Program-made: the position numbers and the translations under genes
Notes under the pieces: model-generated
What the model was told of the DNA's origin: nothing
Database searches by the model: none
Seen by the model: only the letters and a program-made list of their open reading frames with translations
Shown: positions 10,187 through 20,755 of the stretch, piece by piece
How positions within the stretch are numbered: the first letter of the stretch is position 1
How the letters are laid out: each line of letters begins with the position of its first letter
Source of the DNA: an uncultured Rickettsiales bacterium
GTDB taxonomy: Bacteria; Pseudomonadota; Alphaproteobacteria; Rickettsiales; CAZAGG01
Direction of reading: 5' to 3'
Length of the DNA: 64,000 nucleotides
NCBI GenBank assembly: GCA_964484565.1
Contig: CAZAGG010000009.1
Location: 61,384 to 125,383 of the forward strand

Positions 10187-11410
10187 CTAAACTCGCTTAT
10201 ATTTCTCTTCCACATATTTTGCAACCATTGCCTGAAACTCTTCGGCAATTTTATCACCTCTGAGGGTTGCAACTTTTTCGCCGTCTATAAATACGGGTGC
10301 GGCAGGAGATTCTCCACTACCTGGAAGGCTGATGCCGATGTTAGCATGTTTGCTTTCCCCCGGACCATTTACTATGCAACCCATTACGGCGACGTTCATG
10401 TTTTCAACGCCAATATATTGCTTTTTCCACGAGGGCATTGAGTCGCGTAAATAATTTTGAATTTTGTCAGCAAGTTCTTGAAAGAAAGTGCTGGTGGTTC
10501 TGCCGCAACCTGGGCAGGCGGTAACCATCGGCGTAAATGCGCGAAGTCCCATAGATTGCAGAATTTCTTGTGCAACAATAACTTCTTTCGTGCGTGATTC
10601 ATTAGGTGCGGGGGTTAGTGAAATGCGGATAGTATCGCCGATTCCCTCTTGTAATAAAACGGCAAGGGCGGCTGTTGATGCAACGATTCCTTTTGAGCCC
10701 ATTCCCGCTTCGGTTAAGCCAAGATGGAGTGCGTAATTGCTGCGTTTGGCAAGGTCGCGGTAAACTTCTATAAGATCCTGAACTCGGCTTACTTTGCACG
10801 ATATAACGATTTTATCAGATCCAAGACCAATTTCTTCAGCTTTTTTTGCGCTTGTGAGTGCGGAGGTTACGATTGCATCGCGCATTACCTCATCTGAGTC
10901 ACGAGGATTTGCGAGCTTGGCATTTTCATCCATCATTTTGACGGCGAGTTCCTGATCTAGACTGCCCCAGTTTACCCCGATGCGAACTGGTTTGTTGTAT
11001 TCTATCGCTTTTTCAACGATTTGCTGGAATTGCGGGTCTTTCTTTTGTCCAAAACCAACGTTACCCGGATTGATACGGTATTTTGCCAAAGCCTCCGCAC
11101 AGTCTGGATATTTATTAAGTAATGTGTGACCGTTGTAATGAAAGTCACCAACTATTGGAACATCGCATGATTTAGCCGCTAAAATATCTCGAATTCTCGC
11201 CACCTGAGCGGCAGATTCTTCGTTGTTAACGGTGATTCTAACTGCTTCTGAGCCTGCTTGCCAAAGTTCATATATTTGATTTGCGGTTGCAATAGCATCT
11301 GCCGTATCAGTATTAGTCATTGACTGAACAACAATCGGGTGGCCACCACCGATATAGTGGTTGCCAACCTTAACAGCTATAGTTTTATGACGAGCAATTT
11401 TTTGACTCAT
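10187..11410 (-). CDS. ispG: HMBPP synthase (MEP pathway)
   Basis: 'VQSMTNTDT', 'RINPGN', 'RIGVNWGSL', 'CPGCGR', 'GCIVNGPGE'. Confidence 0.97.
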   Translation of the reverse strand: MSQKIARHKTIAVKVGNHYIGGGHPIVVQSMTNTDTADAIATANQIYELWQAGSEAVRITVNNEESAAQVARIRDILAAKSCDVPIVGDFHYNGHTLLNKYPDCAEALAKYRINPGNVGFGQKKDPQFQQIVEKAIEYNKPVRIGVNWGSLDQELAVKMMDENAKLANPRDSDEVMRDAIVTSALTSAKKAEEIGLGSDKIVISCKVSRVQDLIEVYRDLAKRSNYALHLGLTEAGMGSKGIVASTAALAVLLQEGIGDTIRISLTPAPNESRTKEVIVAQEILQSMGLRAFTPMVTACPGCGRTTSTFFQELADKIQNYLRDSMPSWKKQYIGVENMNVAVMGCIVNGPGESKHANIGISLPGSGESPAAPVFIDGEKVATLRGDKIAEEFQAMVAKYVEEKYKRV

Positions 11411-11435
11411 GCGGCTCTATATAAAGATATTAATT

Positions 11436-12410
<975 letters not shown>

Positions 12411-12480
12411 TCATAGTATTTGGCGTATTCTTATACGGAATTAGTTTTTAAATCGTTAAAGTTACAGTTTTGTTCAAAAA

Positions 12481-13551
12481 TCATTCATTATTGGTATTTA
12501 TTTTTCTCTCCAACTTAGCAAGACCCTGCATCATCGTCTCAAAATCTGGTGAGGGTTTCATGAACATAACTTGCATGGCGATATAATCACGTTTAAGTTC
12601 TTGCAGTGCTTCAGCCTTTGGCATCAGGCGCAATGAGCCAATATTTGCAGTATCGTAGGAGGCTTTGTTATCCGCAAACATTAGGCTCTTATTTCTAACC
12701 ACCTGTGCCAGCAGTGATAAATTCTGCAATGCTCCATCTGCGATGCCTTTCTGAGCGAGCATATAGGTGTCGTAATAGTGCCGTGACATGCGGTCACGAA
12801 TCTTCGTGCCGTGATATAGCGAATGCAAGATTGTAGCCTTCTCCCAGAAGGTTCGCTCTGCCGTTAGCACATGTACGTTGCAGCTTGGCGCATCAAAAAA
12901 CTGTGGATAGATGTCTGCAACATACGGTGTGATCGCTTTTTCGGTGCTGGGTTCAATTTCACCGCATGCACCGAATTCCAGTTTTACGATAGGCTTTATA
13001 TAGCCAAACTGTCCCTCGCCAAATCGCCCAACACCAAAACCCCCACGCCCAAAACCCCCACCATAGATGAGTTGCCTTGGGTAAGAAAATGAAAGGGTTT
13101 GCTTATCTTTATCATCTGTATCAATGCTGATTTTCCAGCCATCCGACTTGGCAAGAGCATTTTTGAACTGCCGTTGTAAAGCGGGTGCGGCAATATCCGT
13201 CACAAAATACTGTGCAGCACTTTTTAAGGCATCGATTCTGCGCTGACGTTCCTTGCCTGATATATTGCTTTCCATCGGGTCTGCTACATTAACAAAACTG
13301 GGAGCGGCGCGGCTGATGGTCAGATCAATATCTTCTGAAAAGCGGTCAATCAATTGATATGCTTTTGAAAGCGAAGTGCCGCCTTTGAACGTTATCAATT
13401 TTCCTAGCTCAGGTAGAGAAAATAGCTGTTTGAGTGTCCAGCATACCCAGAAATCTTTTTCAACTATGATGGGCAAAATTTCCAGCTTATTTGCTGTTTC
13501 TTCAAATATTTCTTTTCGGTTTTTATCAGGCAGTGTTAGAAATTTTTCCAT
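12481..13551 (-). CDS. AbiEii/AbiGii-family nucleotidyltransferase toxin (type IV TA)
   Basis: 'EKDFWV', 'FKGGTSLSKAY.LIDRFSEDIDL', 'ERTFWEK', 'SRHYYD'. Confidence 0.92.
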   Translation of the reverse strand: MEKFLTLPDKNRKEIFEETANKLEILPIIVEKDFWVCWTLKQLFSLPELGKLITFKGGTSLSKAYQLIDRFSEDIDLTISRAAPSFVNVADPMESNISGKERQRRIDALKSAAQYFVTDIAAPALQRQFKNALAKSDGWKISIDTDDKDKQTLSFSYPRQLIYGGGFGRGGFGVGRFGEGQFGYIKPIVKLEFGACGEIEPSTEKAITPYVADIYPQFFDAPSCNVHVLTAERTFWEKATILHSLYHGTKIRDRMSRHYYDTYMLAQKGIADGALQNLSLLAQVVRNKSLMFADNKASYDTANIGSLRLMPKAEALQELKRDYIAMQVMFMKPSPDFETMMQGLAKLERKINTNNE

Positions 13552-14146
13552 TTTTTGCTTGCTCGATTTTATGAATGGTGTCTGCCATCCAGCTAGGGAT
13601 ACGCATCATAGCCTGATTTAGTGCGGATATATCTCTATCCGTTAACACTTCTGCGCAACGGTTTATAATCTGATTATCAACGTTGTGCTTGCCAAGATAT
13701 GAAAGTGCCTGAATTACCAAGTTAACATGATTAGGAATATTATTGAGCAATTCCACCCGCGCGCGTTTTAATTGAATCGTTTGTCCTGCAACTCTTCGTG
13801 TGCGTGTTGTAGCATTCGTAAGGTAGGAGGGCTTTGCAGGCACCTGCGTTGAGAGTCCTAACATATTTGCTGCCATTGCACCCGACGGAAACACATCATC
13901 TCCTGCCGCCATTGCGCGTGCAATTTTATCGGGATTCGGCGAGAGTTTACCGAGCAGTGTACTTTGTTTTGGATAATCATAAATGCCACGATCAAGGCGA
14001 CGAACCATACCCTGTTTCACAAGTCTAGAAAGCACCTGATCCACAGCCGCACGCGAACCAAGGTCGAGAAAATTTTTGGGCGTAAACACCCAGCCTAGTT
14101 TCTTGCGCTTAATTCTGTTTATTATCTGGCTAGTTATAGATTTCAT
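13526..14146 (-). CDS. DUF6088/AbiEi-like winged-helix antitoxin
   Basis: 'AVDQVLSRL..G..RR..RGIY..P', 'AANMLGLSTQVP'; overlaps the start of the toxin gene. Confidence 0.85.
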   Translation of the reverse strand: MKSITSQIINRIKRKKLGWVFTPKNFLDLGSRAAVDQVLSRLVKQGMVRRLDRGIYDYPKQSTLLGKLSPNPDKIARAMAAGDDVFPSGAMAANMLGLSTQVPAKPSYLTNATTRTRRVAGQTIQLKRARVELLNNIPNHVNLVIQALSYLGKHNVDNQIINRCAEVLTDRDISALNQAMMRIPSWMADTIHKIEQAKNGKISNTA

Positions 14147-14160
14147 ATCACTCTCTTATT

Positions 14161-14190
14161 TGTCAGATTATAGCATAGTTTTATCTGACA
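14161..14190. promoter_or_regulatory. Inverted-repeat operator upstream of the antitoxin
   Basis: TGTCAGAT-N14-ATCTGACA, 14 bp upstream of the antitoxin ATG. Confidence 0.6.
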
Positions 14191-14284
14191 CGCAATAGTG
14201 TGTTAATTGAAAGAATTAAGAGATAAAAAGCTGTTTTTCAAAACTTATATTTCCACATTTGAGTATATAGCTTATATATCCAAA

Positions 14285-15988
14285 TCACTCAGAGTTACTT
14301 GCAGATTCAAGTTGTTGCTCGACATAATTGAAGGAGCTTATTTTTCTAGTTCTAATTTTTTCTTGCAACTTATATTGATGATCTGGGTCGGTGGAGAGTT
14401 TTAAGGCTCTCTCCCACTGGAAAACTGCTTCATTTTTTCTGCCTATCTGGAAGTAGGCATCTCCTAAGTGGTCATTGATATGTGGATCTGAGGGAGATAG
14501 CTCCATAGCTCTTTCTAGATATTTAATTGCTTCGTCAAAATCGCCAAGTTTATATAAAGACCAGCCATAACTATCGATAATTGCTGGGTCATTTGGGCGT
14601 TCCTTAACAGCATCTTTAAGCATCTTTGATGCCTGCTTAAGGTTTATATTCATTTCAAGCCAACTATAAGCAAGATAGTTAATTACGTCTGGCTGATTGG
14701 GTGCAAGACTCAAGGCTTTGTTAAAGGCTTCTTCCGCTTTATCCCATTGCTTGATTCTCTCGTGGGCAATACCTTTAGCGTAAAATATTGGCCAGTGCCA
14801 TTTTTGGGGAGTGGGTATTCTTGCAAAGGCCGCTTCATAAGATTCTATTGCTTCGGGGAATTTTGAATTTGCTCTATAAATATCTCCCGCATGAACGTAT
14901 GGATCGTAAGAATTAGGACGCTCAGCTGCCATAGATCTTAGATATGTTATTGCATCAGATTGTCCTTTAATTCTTTCGAGGCACTGGGCTATTTGTAAGC
15001 GCGCCCTCCAACCATAAACGCTTTTAGCATCAATCTTGCTATAAACTTTAATTGCATCTTCATATTTTGATTCTGCTTCTAAGAACGCGCCAAGCATTAA
15101 TTTCGCGCCTGAAAAGTCTGGCCTTAGATATATTGCCATATTCAAGAAGGAGTATGCATCCGCGCTATTTTCTTCGCTATATATCAAACTTGCGACGTTA
15201 TAGAACACTTCAGCTATGCCTTCTCTTGCGCTTAGAACTGGCATTTTAGATTCAAGGTTGCCAAGAGTAATTAATGCCTCGCGCGAAAACCAGTTGTCGG
15301 CGTTATCTTCAGTGAGTGCCTCATATAATGCTTTGGCTTTTTCTATTTGCCCTCTTCTTTCATAAAAACTACCCATAATTTCTATGATTCTTTGAGCTTT
15401 AATCTCGCTCTGACTAAGGGCTTCAACATATGAAGATTCTGCTTTCTTAAAATCTCCTGTTATTTCATACATCAACGCCATATGATAGCTTACTAGGGGA
15501 GAGAAGTTATCGCTCTCTGCTGCTTGTTTTGATATATCAAGAGCCTCTTCTGCATCGCCACTGCCTAACAATAGCCATGCTTTTACAATGGGCATTAGAA
15601 TTGAGTTAAATCCATAATTTGGGATCTCTTCTGCATACGAAAGGGCTTTGCTGAAATTCCCAGAATTTACTTCTTTAGCAATAAGCAAAAAGCTGACGCT
15701 TGGTGAGCGAATCTGCTGAGAATAGAGCTTCTCTGCAACTTTTACTGCGTGAGTAATGTCTCCCGCTCTTGTAAGGTTTGCCAATGCCTCTGTGAGTAGT
15801 TCTTCTTCTGAAGGCCTGCTTTCTAAGGCTTTTTCAAAATATTTTGCGGCATCGCTATATTTGCCAGTGTTTGCAGCGAATCTTCCTGAAAGGTAGTTTC
15901 CAGAAACAGAATACTGACGCTGAGATTCCTCAGCAAAAGCTGACTCTCCCACTACCGAAAGAATAATAATTGCAAGAATGACGCGCAC
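14285..15988 (-). CDS. Exported tetratricopeptide-repeat protein
   Basis: Signal peptide, 'SGNYLSGRFA', many TPRs, 'NYLAYSW', 'DSYGW', 'DHLGD' (conserved alphaproteobacterial TPR family). Confidence 0.9.
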   Translation of the reverse strand: MRVILAIIILSVVGESAFAEESQRQYSVSGNYLSGRFAANTGKYSDAAKYFEKALESRPSEEELLTEALANLTRAGDITHAVKVAEKLYSQQIRSPSVSFLLIAKEVNSGNFSKALSYAEEIPNYGFNSILMPIVKAWLLLGSGDAEEALDISKQAAESDNFSPLVSYHMALMYEITGDFKKAESSYVEALSQSEIKAQRIIEIMGSFYERRGQIEKAKALYEALTEDNADNWFSREALITLGNLESKMPVLSAREGIAEVFYNVASLIYSEENSADAYSFLNMAIYLRPDFSGAKLMLGAFLEAESKYEDAIKVYSKIDAKSVYGWRARLQIAQCLERIKGQSDAITYLRSMAAERPNSYDPYVHAGDIYRANSKFPEAIESYEAAFARIPTPQKWHWPIFYAKGIAHERIKQWDKAEEAFNKALSLAPNQPDVINYLAYSWLEMNINLKQASKMLKDAVKERPNDPAIIDSYGWSLYKLGDFDEAIKYLERAMELSPSDPHINDHLGDAYFQIGRKNEAVFQWERALKLSTDPDHQYKLQEKIRTRKISSFNYVEQQLESASNSE

Positions 15989-16084
15989 TTGTTTTTGTTT
16001 TTTGTTTAGGCCTTGTTGTTAAATATATTATAAGATTTACCTATCACTTATCTTGAATACATTCCAATCAATTTTAGAGAGTTT

Positions 16085-16852
16085 ATGTCAAAAACTACAA
16101 ATACTTACAAAGCCGATAATCTGACTAATTTTAGACATGGCTTTTTTGGCCGAAAAGGAGGGGTTAGTAAGGAAATTTACTCATCACTTAATTGTGGTTA
16201 TGGTTCAGGAGATGATATTGAGGGTGTTAGACAAAATCGCCATATAGCCTGCATGGCAATAGAAGTGGATGACGCTAATTTATGCGGCCTTCGGCAAATA
16301 CACAGCAATAAAGTTTTTTATGTAACCGAGCCTTATTCTTATGAAAATTTACCAGAAGCAGATGCATTGGTGACTGATAAGAAAGATATAGTTTTAGGAA
16401 TTTTAACCGCTGATTGCACGCCAGTGTTATTTGCAGATAACGAAATTGGAATCATTGGTGCAGCTCATGCGGGGTGGAAAGGAGCTACATCAGGAGTTAT
16501 ACAAAATACACTAGCAGAGATGAAAAAGCTAGGCGCAAAGCAAATTCACGCTGCGATAGGGCCAACAATTGCGTTAGAATCTTACGAGGTTGGCGAAGAT
16601 TTTAAAAGAAATCTTATAGAGAAACATCAAGGTTCATTAGACCATGAGAGGTTCTTTGAAGTAATAAATGGAAAAACTCACTTTAATCTGCCGAGCTATG
16701 TAGAAAATATCCTGATTAACTGTGGCGTTGCTTCGATTTCAAATCTTGGAATTGATACATATTCCAACCAAGAAGACTTTTTTAGTTTCAGAAGAACAAC
16801 ACACAGGCACGAAAAAGCATATGGCCGTCAAATATCGTTGATTTGCAGATAG
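16085..16852 (+). CDS. pgeF: Peptidoglycan editing factor / YfiH-type protein
   Basis: 'HGFFGR.GGVS', 'QIHS', 'TADC.PVL', 'AAHAGWKG', 'FFSFRR'. Confidence 0.92.
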   Translation: MSKTTNTYKADNLTNFRHGFFGRKGGVSKEIYSSLNCGYGSGDDIEGVRQNRHIACMAIEVDDANLCGLRQIHSNKVFYVTEPYSYENLPEADALVTDKKDIVLGILTADCTPVLFADNEIGIIGAAHAGWKGATSGVIQNTLAEMKKLGAKQIHAAIGPTIALESYEVGEDFKRNLIEKHQGSLDHERFFEVINGKTHFNLPSYVENILINCGVASISNLGIDTYSNQEDFFSFRRTTHRHEKAYGRQISLICR

Positions 16853-16907
16853 GATAACTATACTATCATTCGTCCATTAACTTTATAGATTTTACTTAAG
16901 GACTACT

Positions 16908-17774
16908 ATGATTCCCTACGATCAGCGCGAAGGCTTTATATGGATGGATGGCAAACTAGTTGAGTGGAAGGATGCAAAGGTGCACTTCCTAAATCAAGGC
17001 TTGCATTACGGAGGCTGTGTATTTGAAGGAGAGCGTGCATACGGCGGAAAAATCTTCAAACTAAGAGAGCATTCTGCTCGCTTAATTCGCTCAGCGGAAT
17101 TAATAGGCATTAAGTCGCCCTATACTCTAGAAGAAATAGAGCAAGCAACGCTAGATGCGGTGAAGGCAAATAACCTAACCGATGCTTATATTCGCCCTGC
17201 TATGTGGAGAGGCAGTAAAGTTATGGGAATTGCGCCGCAGGGAAATCAAATTCATTTTGCAGTTGCAGCTTGGTATTGGCCATCTTATTTCTCCGATGAA
17301 ATCAGGGAGCGAGGCATTAAACTTGCTTGGTCGAAATGGAAGAGACCTTCTCCTGAAACTGCTCCATCTGAAAGCAAGGCTGCTGGCCTTTATATGATAT
17401 GCTCAATGAGCAAGATGGAAGCGGATGCAGCGGGATTTGAAGACGCTCTAATGCTTGATTATCGGGGCTATGTTGCAGAAGCAACGGGAGCAAATATATT
17501 CTTCATATATGGAGATGAGATTCATACACCAAAGCCAGATTGTTTCCTCAATGGAATCACAAGACTTACAGTGATCGATATTGCAAAATCACACGGTATA
17601 AACGTTGTCGAAAGACACATTAAACCTGAAGAGATTGCTTCTGCAAATGAAGTGTTTATAACGGGCACTGCGGCAGAAATTACTCCTGTTGGTGTTATTG
17701 GCGAGAATAAATATAAAGTCGGCGACATCACCAGAAAGCTGATGGCGGAATATCAAAAAGCTGTTTACGCTTAG
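16908..17774 (+). CDS. ilvE: Branched-chain amino acid aminotransferase
   Basis: 'LHYG..VFEG.RAY', 'E.TGANIF', 'L.GITR', 'TGTAAE'. Confidence 0.92.
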   Translation: MIPYDQREGFIWMDGKLVEWKDAKVHFLNQGLHYGGCVFEGERAYGGKIFKLREHSARLIRSAELIGIKSPYTLEEIEQATLDAVKANNLTDAYIRPAMWRGSKVMGIAPQGNQIHFAVAAWYWPSYFSDEIRERGIKLAWSKWKRPSPETAPSESKAAGLYMICSMSKMEADAAGFEDALMLDYRGYVAEATGANIFFIYGDEIHTPKPDCFLNGITRLTVIDIAKSHGINVVERHIKPEEIASANEVFITGTAAEITPVGVIGENKYKVGDITRKLMAEYQKAVYA

Positions 17775-17802
17775 CACAAACAGCTCTGCTGAGTAGAGTT
17801 TT

Positions 17803-19782
17803 TTATAGTACAAAATCGCTACTTACCAGCGAGATATTACCGCTGAGTTCAATCTCGAGATCGGTTGTGGTGTCGGTATCGTTATCATCAATTTCGATGA
17901 TGGTGTTGCCCCCATCAAAATAATATCTTAGCTGATATGAAGTATCATTCACAAATGCACTGGTATCACGAAAGAGATATACTCCCGTAAACCCGCTTAT
18001 ATCAATCTTATCGCCATCAGTTTGAGAGAAATCGGCAATAATATCGCGTGCCGTCGCACCAATACCAGATTCAGAAGTTGCAACGTAAATAATGCGGTCG
18101 TTGCCTGCACCTCCGTAAATTGTATCTGCACCGAAACTACCTGCGATTATATCGTTTCCATCATCACCATGTAACAAATCGTTATTCGCACCACCGTTTA
18201 TTGTGTCATTCCCTGTGCCACCATAAACAGTATCCGCTCCATCCTGACCATAGAGGATGTCGTTATCTTCCTCTCCTGAGAGGTAATCGCGACCAATACC
18301 TGAATAAATTGTATCATTTCCTAACCCGCCAATAAGGGTATCTGCTCCATCACTACCGATTAAAGAATCACCATCCACACCACCATTTCTGATAGTTCCA
18401 ATAATTGTAGCACCAATAAAATCACTAAGTTTTAAATTATGAATTCCCTCCAGCAAAATTACTGAGTCTGGATATACATCATAATCTTCATCATCAATCT
18501 CAATTATTGTTTTGTAAAAATCATGAAAATACCGAAGTTGAAGTGAAGCATCACTAACAAACTCTCCATCTCCCCTAAAAATATAAGTTCCTGGCAAGCC
18601 ACTGATATCAATTTTATCGCCTTCAGTTTGAGAAAAATCTAAAATATAATCCTGTGTAGTTGGAGTTGCTCCGACCTCTGCAAATGAGGTAATAATAAAC
18701 CGGTCATTACCTTCACCACCTAAAAGAGTATCTGAGCCGAATCCACCTGCAATAGTATCGGATCCTACCTCACCGAAGAGAAAATCATTCTTATTTCCTC
18801 CATTGATGATATCATTTCCTGCACTACCATAAATTCTATCTGCCCCATCCCAACCATATAAAATGTCATCACCATCCCAACCATCTAGAAAGTTATTGAA
18901 TTCATTGCCGATAATAGTATCTCCATAAAGCGAACCAATAGCATTTTCTATATCTGCACCTGTTGCTTCGCTTACTCCTTCTACTGGCACCGCTAACCAG
19001 AAAAATTCTCTTCCGGCCTTATTAACTTCACCTTCATTTAAATTTAAACTTACTCCTTCTCCATTAAATGAATTGTAAGTTTGAACAGATATTGTATCGC
19101 TTCCTCCTGCATCCCAAATTACATATGCTTTTCCTAAACCTTGAAGTTCATAGATATTATCGCCAGCATTATAATCGTTATTTACCCCATATAAAAACTG
19201 AACCGCTGCAACATCATCTAGCATTGGAGTTATGGGAGCTGTTCCATTACCAGAATATAAACCTTCATGATATGTCATCACGGATTTATCCCATGTAAAC
19301 GTAGGTCTTTCAAATTTATAGGGTCTCAGACCGATTGCAGAGCCTATCTCATGGTTAAGACTATAAATTAATGCTACTTCTGGTGATGTATAATTATTGG
19401 ATATAAATATTTGTGATTTCGTCAAAGCATCACCACTTGCATTGATAAATGTGTAACCTGTTGCTTGTTCAACTGTATGGTATGATGACTCCATATCACC
19501 CTTGGCAAAAAACATATCTGCATTGGCGGGATCTAACTCAAAATCTATATTGGCATAACTGCTCCAGTTATTTAGAAGACGCTCAATAAGATTAGCATTT
19601 GGTTCAAAAGACGTTAAATTATTTATTGATAAATTATATGGCAAAAATGTGAAATTCTCTGATGGATTTTCAGCATTTAAACTATATTTCACAGCACTTA
19701 ATGGTGCAGTTGCTGCTAGTCCAGACCAGCTTTTTCCCGATAAAAGATAATTAAAGTTAGGATTTGTGGAAGTGATAGCCAT
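17803..19782 (-). CDS. RTX Ca-binding serralysin-like (M10B) protein with degenerate zinc motif
   Basis: 'HEIGSAIGLRP', Met-turn 'SVMTY', 'PMLDDVAAVQFLYG', 'IWDAGGSDT', many GGxGxD repeats, C-terminal DFVL. Confidence 0.85.
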   Translation of the reverse strand: MAITSTNPNFNYLLSGKSWSGLAATAPLSAVKYSLNAENPSENFTFLPYNLSINNLTSFEPNANLIERLLNNWSSYANIDFELDPANADMFFAKGDMESSYHTVEQATGYTFINASGDALTKSQIFISNNYTSPEVALIYSLNHEIGSAIGLRPYKFERPTFTWDKSVMTYHEGLYSGNGTAPITPMLDDVAAVQFLYGVNNDYNAGDNIYELQGLGKAYVIWDAGGSDTISVQTYNSFNGEGVSLNLNEGEVNKAGREFFWLAVPVEGVSEATGADIENAIGSLYGDTIIGNEFNNFLDGWDGDDILYGWDGADRIYGSAGNDIINGGNKNDFLFGEVGSDTIAGGFGSDTLLGGEGNDRFIITSFAEVGATPTTQDYILDFSQTEGDKIDISGLPGTYIFRGDGEFVSDASLQLRYFHDFYKTIIEIDDEDYDVYPDSVILLEGIHNLKLSDFIGATIIGTIRNGGVDGDSLIGSDGADTLIGGLGNDTIYSGIGRDYLSGEEDNDILYGQDGADTVYGGTGNDTINGGANNDLLHGDDGNDIIAGSFGADTIYGGAGNDRIIYVATSESGIGATARDIIADFSQTDGDKIDISGFTGVYLFRDTSAFVNDTSYQLRYYFDGGNTIIEIDDNDTDTTTDLEIELSGNISLVSSDFVL

Positions 19783-19854
19783 CTGTTTATACTCTATTTT
19801 TAAAAATCATTAACAATTATTTAATGGCTTTTAAAAATATAGTAAAGAACAATT

Positions 19855-20598
19855 TTAAGTCAACCCATATTCTTTATATAACTTATTCAAATCAATAGCA
19901 TAGCCCAGTTCTTGTTGGCTGCGCTTTAAAAACACTTCCTGAGCGTATTCGTGAATGCCGTGTTGTTCGTTTTCTGCATACGCACTACTCAAGAATGATA
20001 GCAATCGGCTTTTTGAGTTGGTTAAAGCCTGATGACTGCCTTGAAGGCTTTTCTCACTTGAAACTATCCCATTGGCTTTAGTTTCATTGTCTTTAGAAGA
20101 TTTCAACTTAGCAAGATCGGCTGTTTTATTTTGAATAGATTTCTCATCACCTTTCAAAATCTCATAACCCATTCTTATGAATTTAAATTGCTTATCAAGA
20201 ATATAATCCAGAGGTTCGCCCGTGTTTTGCAAAAATCTCTCTTTATTAGCTTCTGCTGTTGTTAGCACTTCTCCAGTTAATAATTTTCTTACTGGACTAA
20301 AAACATAAGTATCGGAAATATCGGGTCTTGGGGTGGTGATTTTGAGATTTTCCTTGATGTTATATGCTTTGGTTGAAGCTGGCGGAGCAGAACCTTCTGG
20401 AGCTTGCGGACTAGCAAGCAAGGCTTTTGCTTCGGGTGAGAGCATTATATTATCTTCGGTTTTTGGAGTTTGAGTTGAACCCGCCCCCGTTCCTCCACCT
20501 GCTGCACCGTTATTATTGGGCGTTTGTGTTTGCGCCTCTGTTCTCGGTTTGTAATTGCTGATATGCAAAACCGATTGATACATTGATATTATAGACAT
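19855..20598 (-). CDS. Hypothetical protein (low-complexity N-terminus)
   Basis: Long ORF; ATG at 20598 preceded by AAGGGGG; no family recognised. Confidence 0.7.
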   Translation of the reverse strand: MSIISMYQSVLHISNYKPRTEAQTQTPNNNGAAGGGTGAGSTQTPKTEDNIMLSPEAKALLASPQAPEGSAPPASTKAYNIKENLKITTPRPDISDTYVFSPVRKLLTGEVLTTAEANKERFLQNTGEPLDYILDKQFKFIRMGYEILKGDEKSIQNKTADLAKLKSSKDNETKANGIVSSEKSLQGSHQALTNSKSRLLSFLSSAYAENEQHGIHEYAQEVFLKRSQQELGYAIDLNKLYKEYGLT

Positions 20599-20638
20599 TT
20601 TTTCCCCCTTTGGTTTTATCCACTTAAGGAAAAGCAAG

Positions 20639-20655
20639 TGCAATTTACGTGCCAA
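20639..20655 (-). promoter_or_regulatory. Sigma-54 (-24/-12) promoter
   Basis: Minus strand TTGGCACGTAAATTGCA matches TGGCAC-N5-TTGC exactly, about 40 bp upstream of the ATG at 20598. Confidence 0.7.
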
Positions 20656-20755
20656 AATCAGTTAATTGGAAAAGTTGACAAAGCTGCGTATCTCAAATAA
20701 TCAGTTAACAACACCTAACTAATCAGCAGTTATATTCAACAATAGAGCCTAATCA

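Noticed and set aside
12420-14285. Possible att sites or target duplication around the TA cassette
   Set aside because: Only weak AT-rich similarity between flanks and no integrase or transposase
17782-17804. Short hairpin plus T-run after ilvE
   Set aside because: The stem is short with a G-U pair; a plausible terminator but too weak to call
19810-19824. TTAA-N7-TTAA (CtrA-like box) upstream of the RTX gene
   Set aside because: An all-A/T motif lacking the final C is expected several times by chance in this AT-rich window
20599-20655. ORF-track N-terminal extension (TTG at 20655) of the orphan gene
   Set aside because: That TTG lies within the sigma-54 box; the ATG at 20598 has a better RBS
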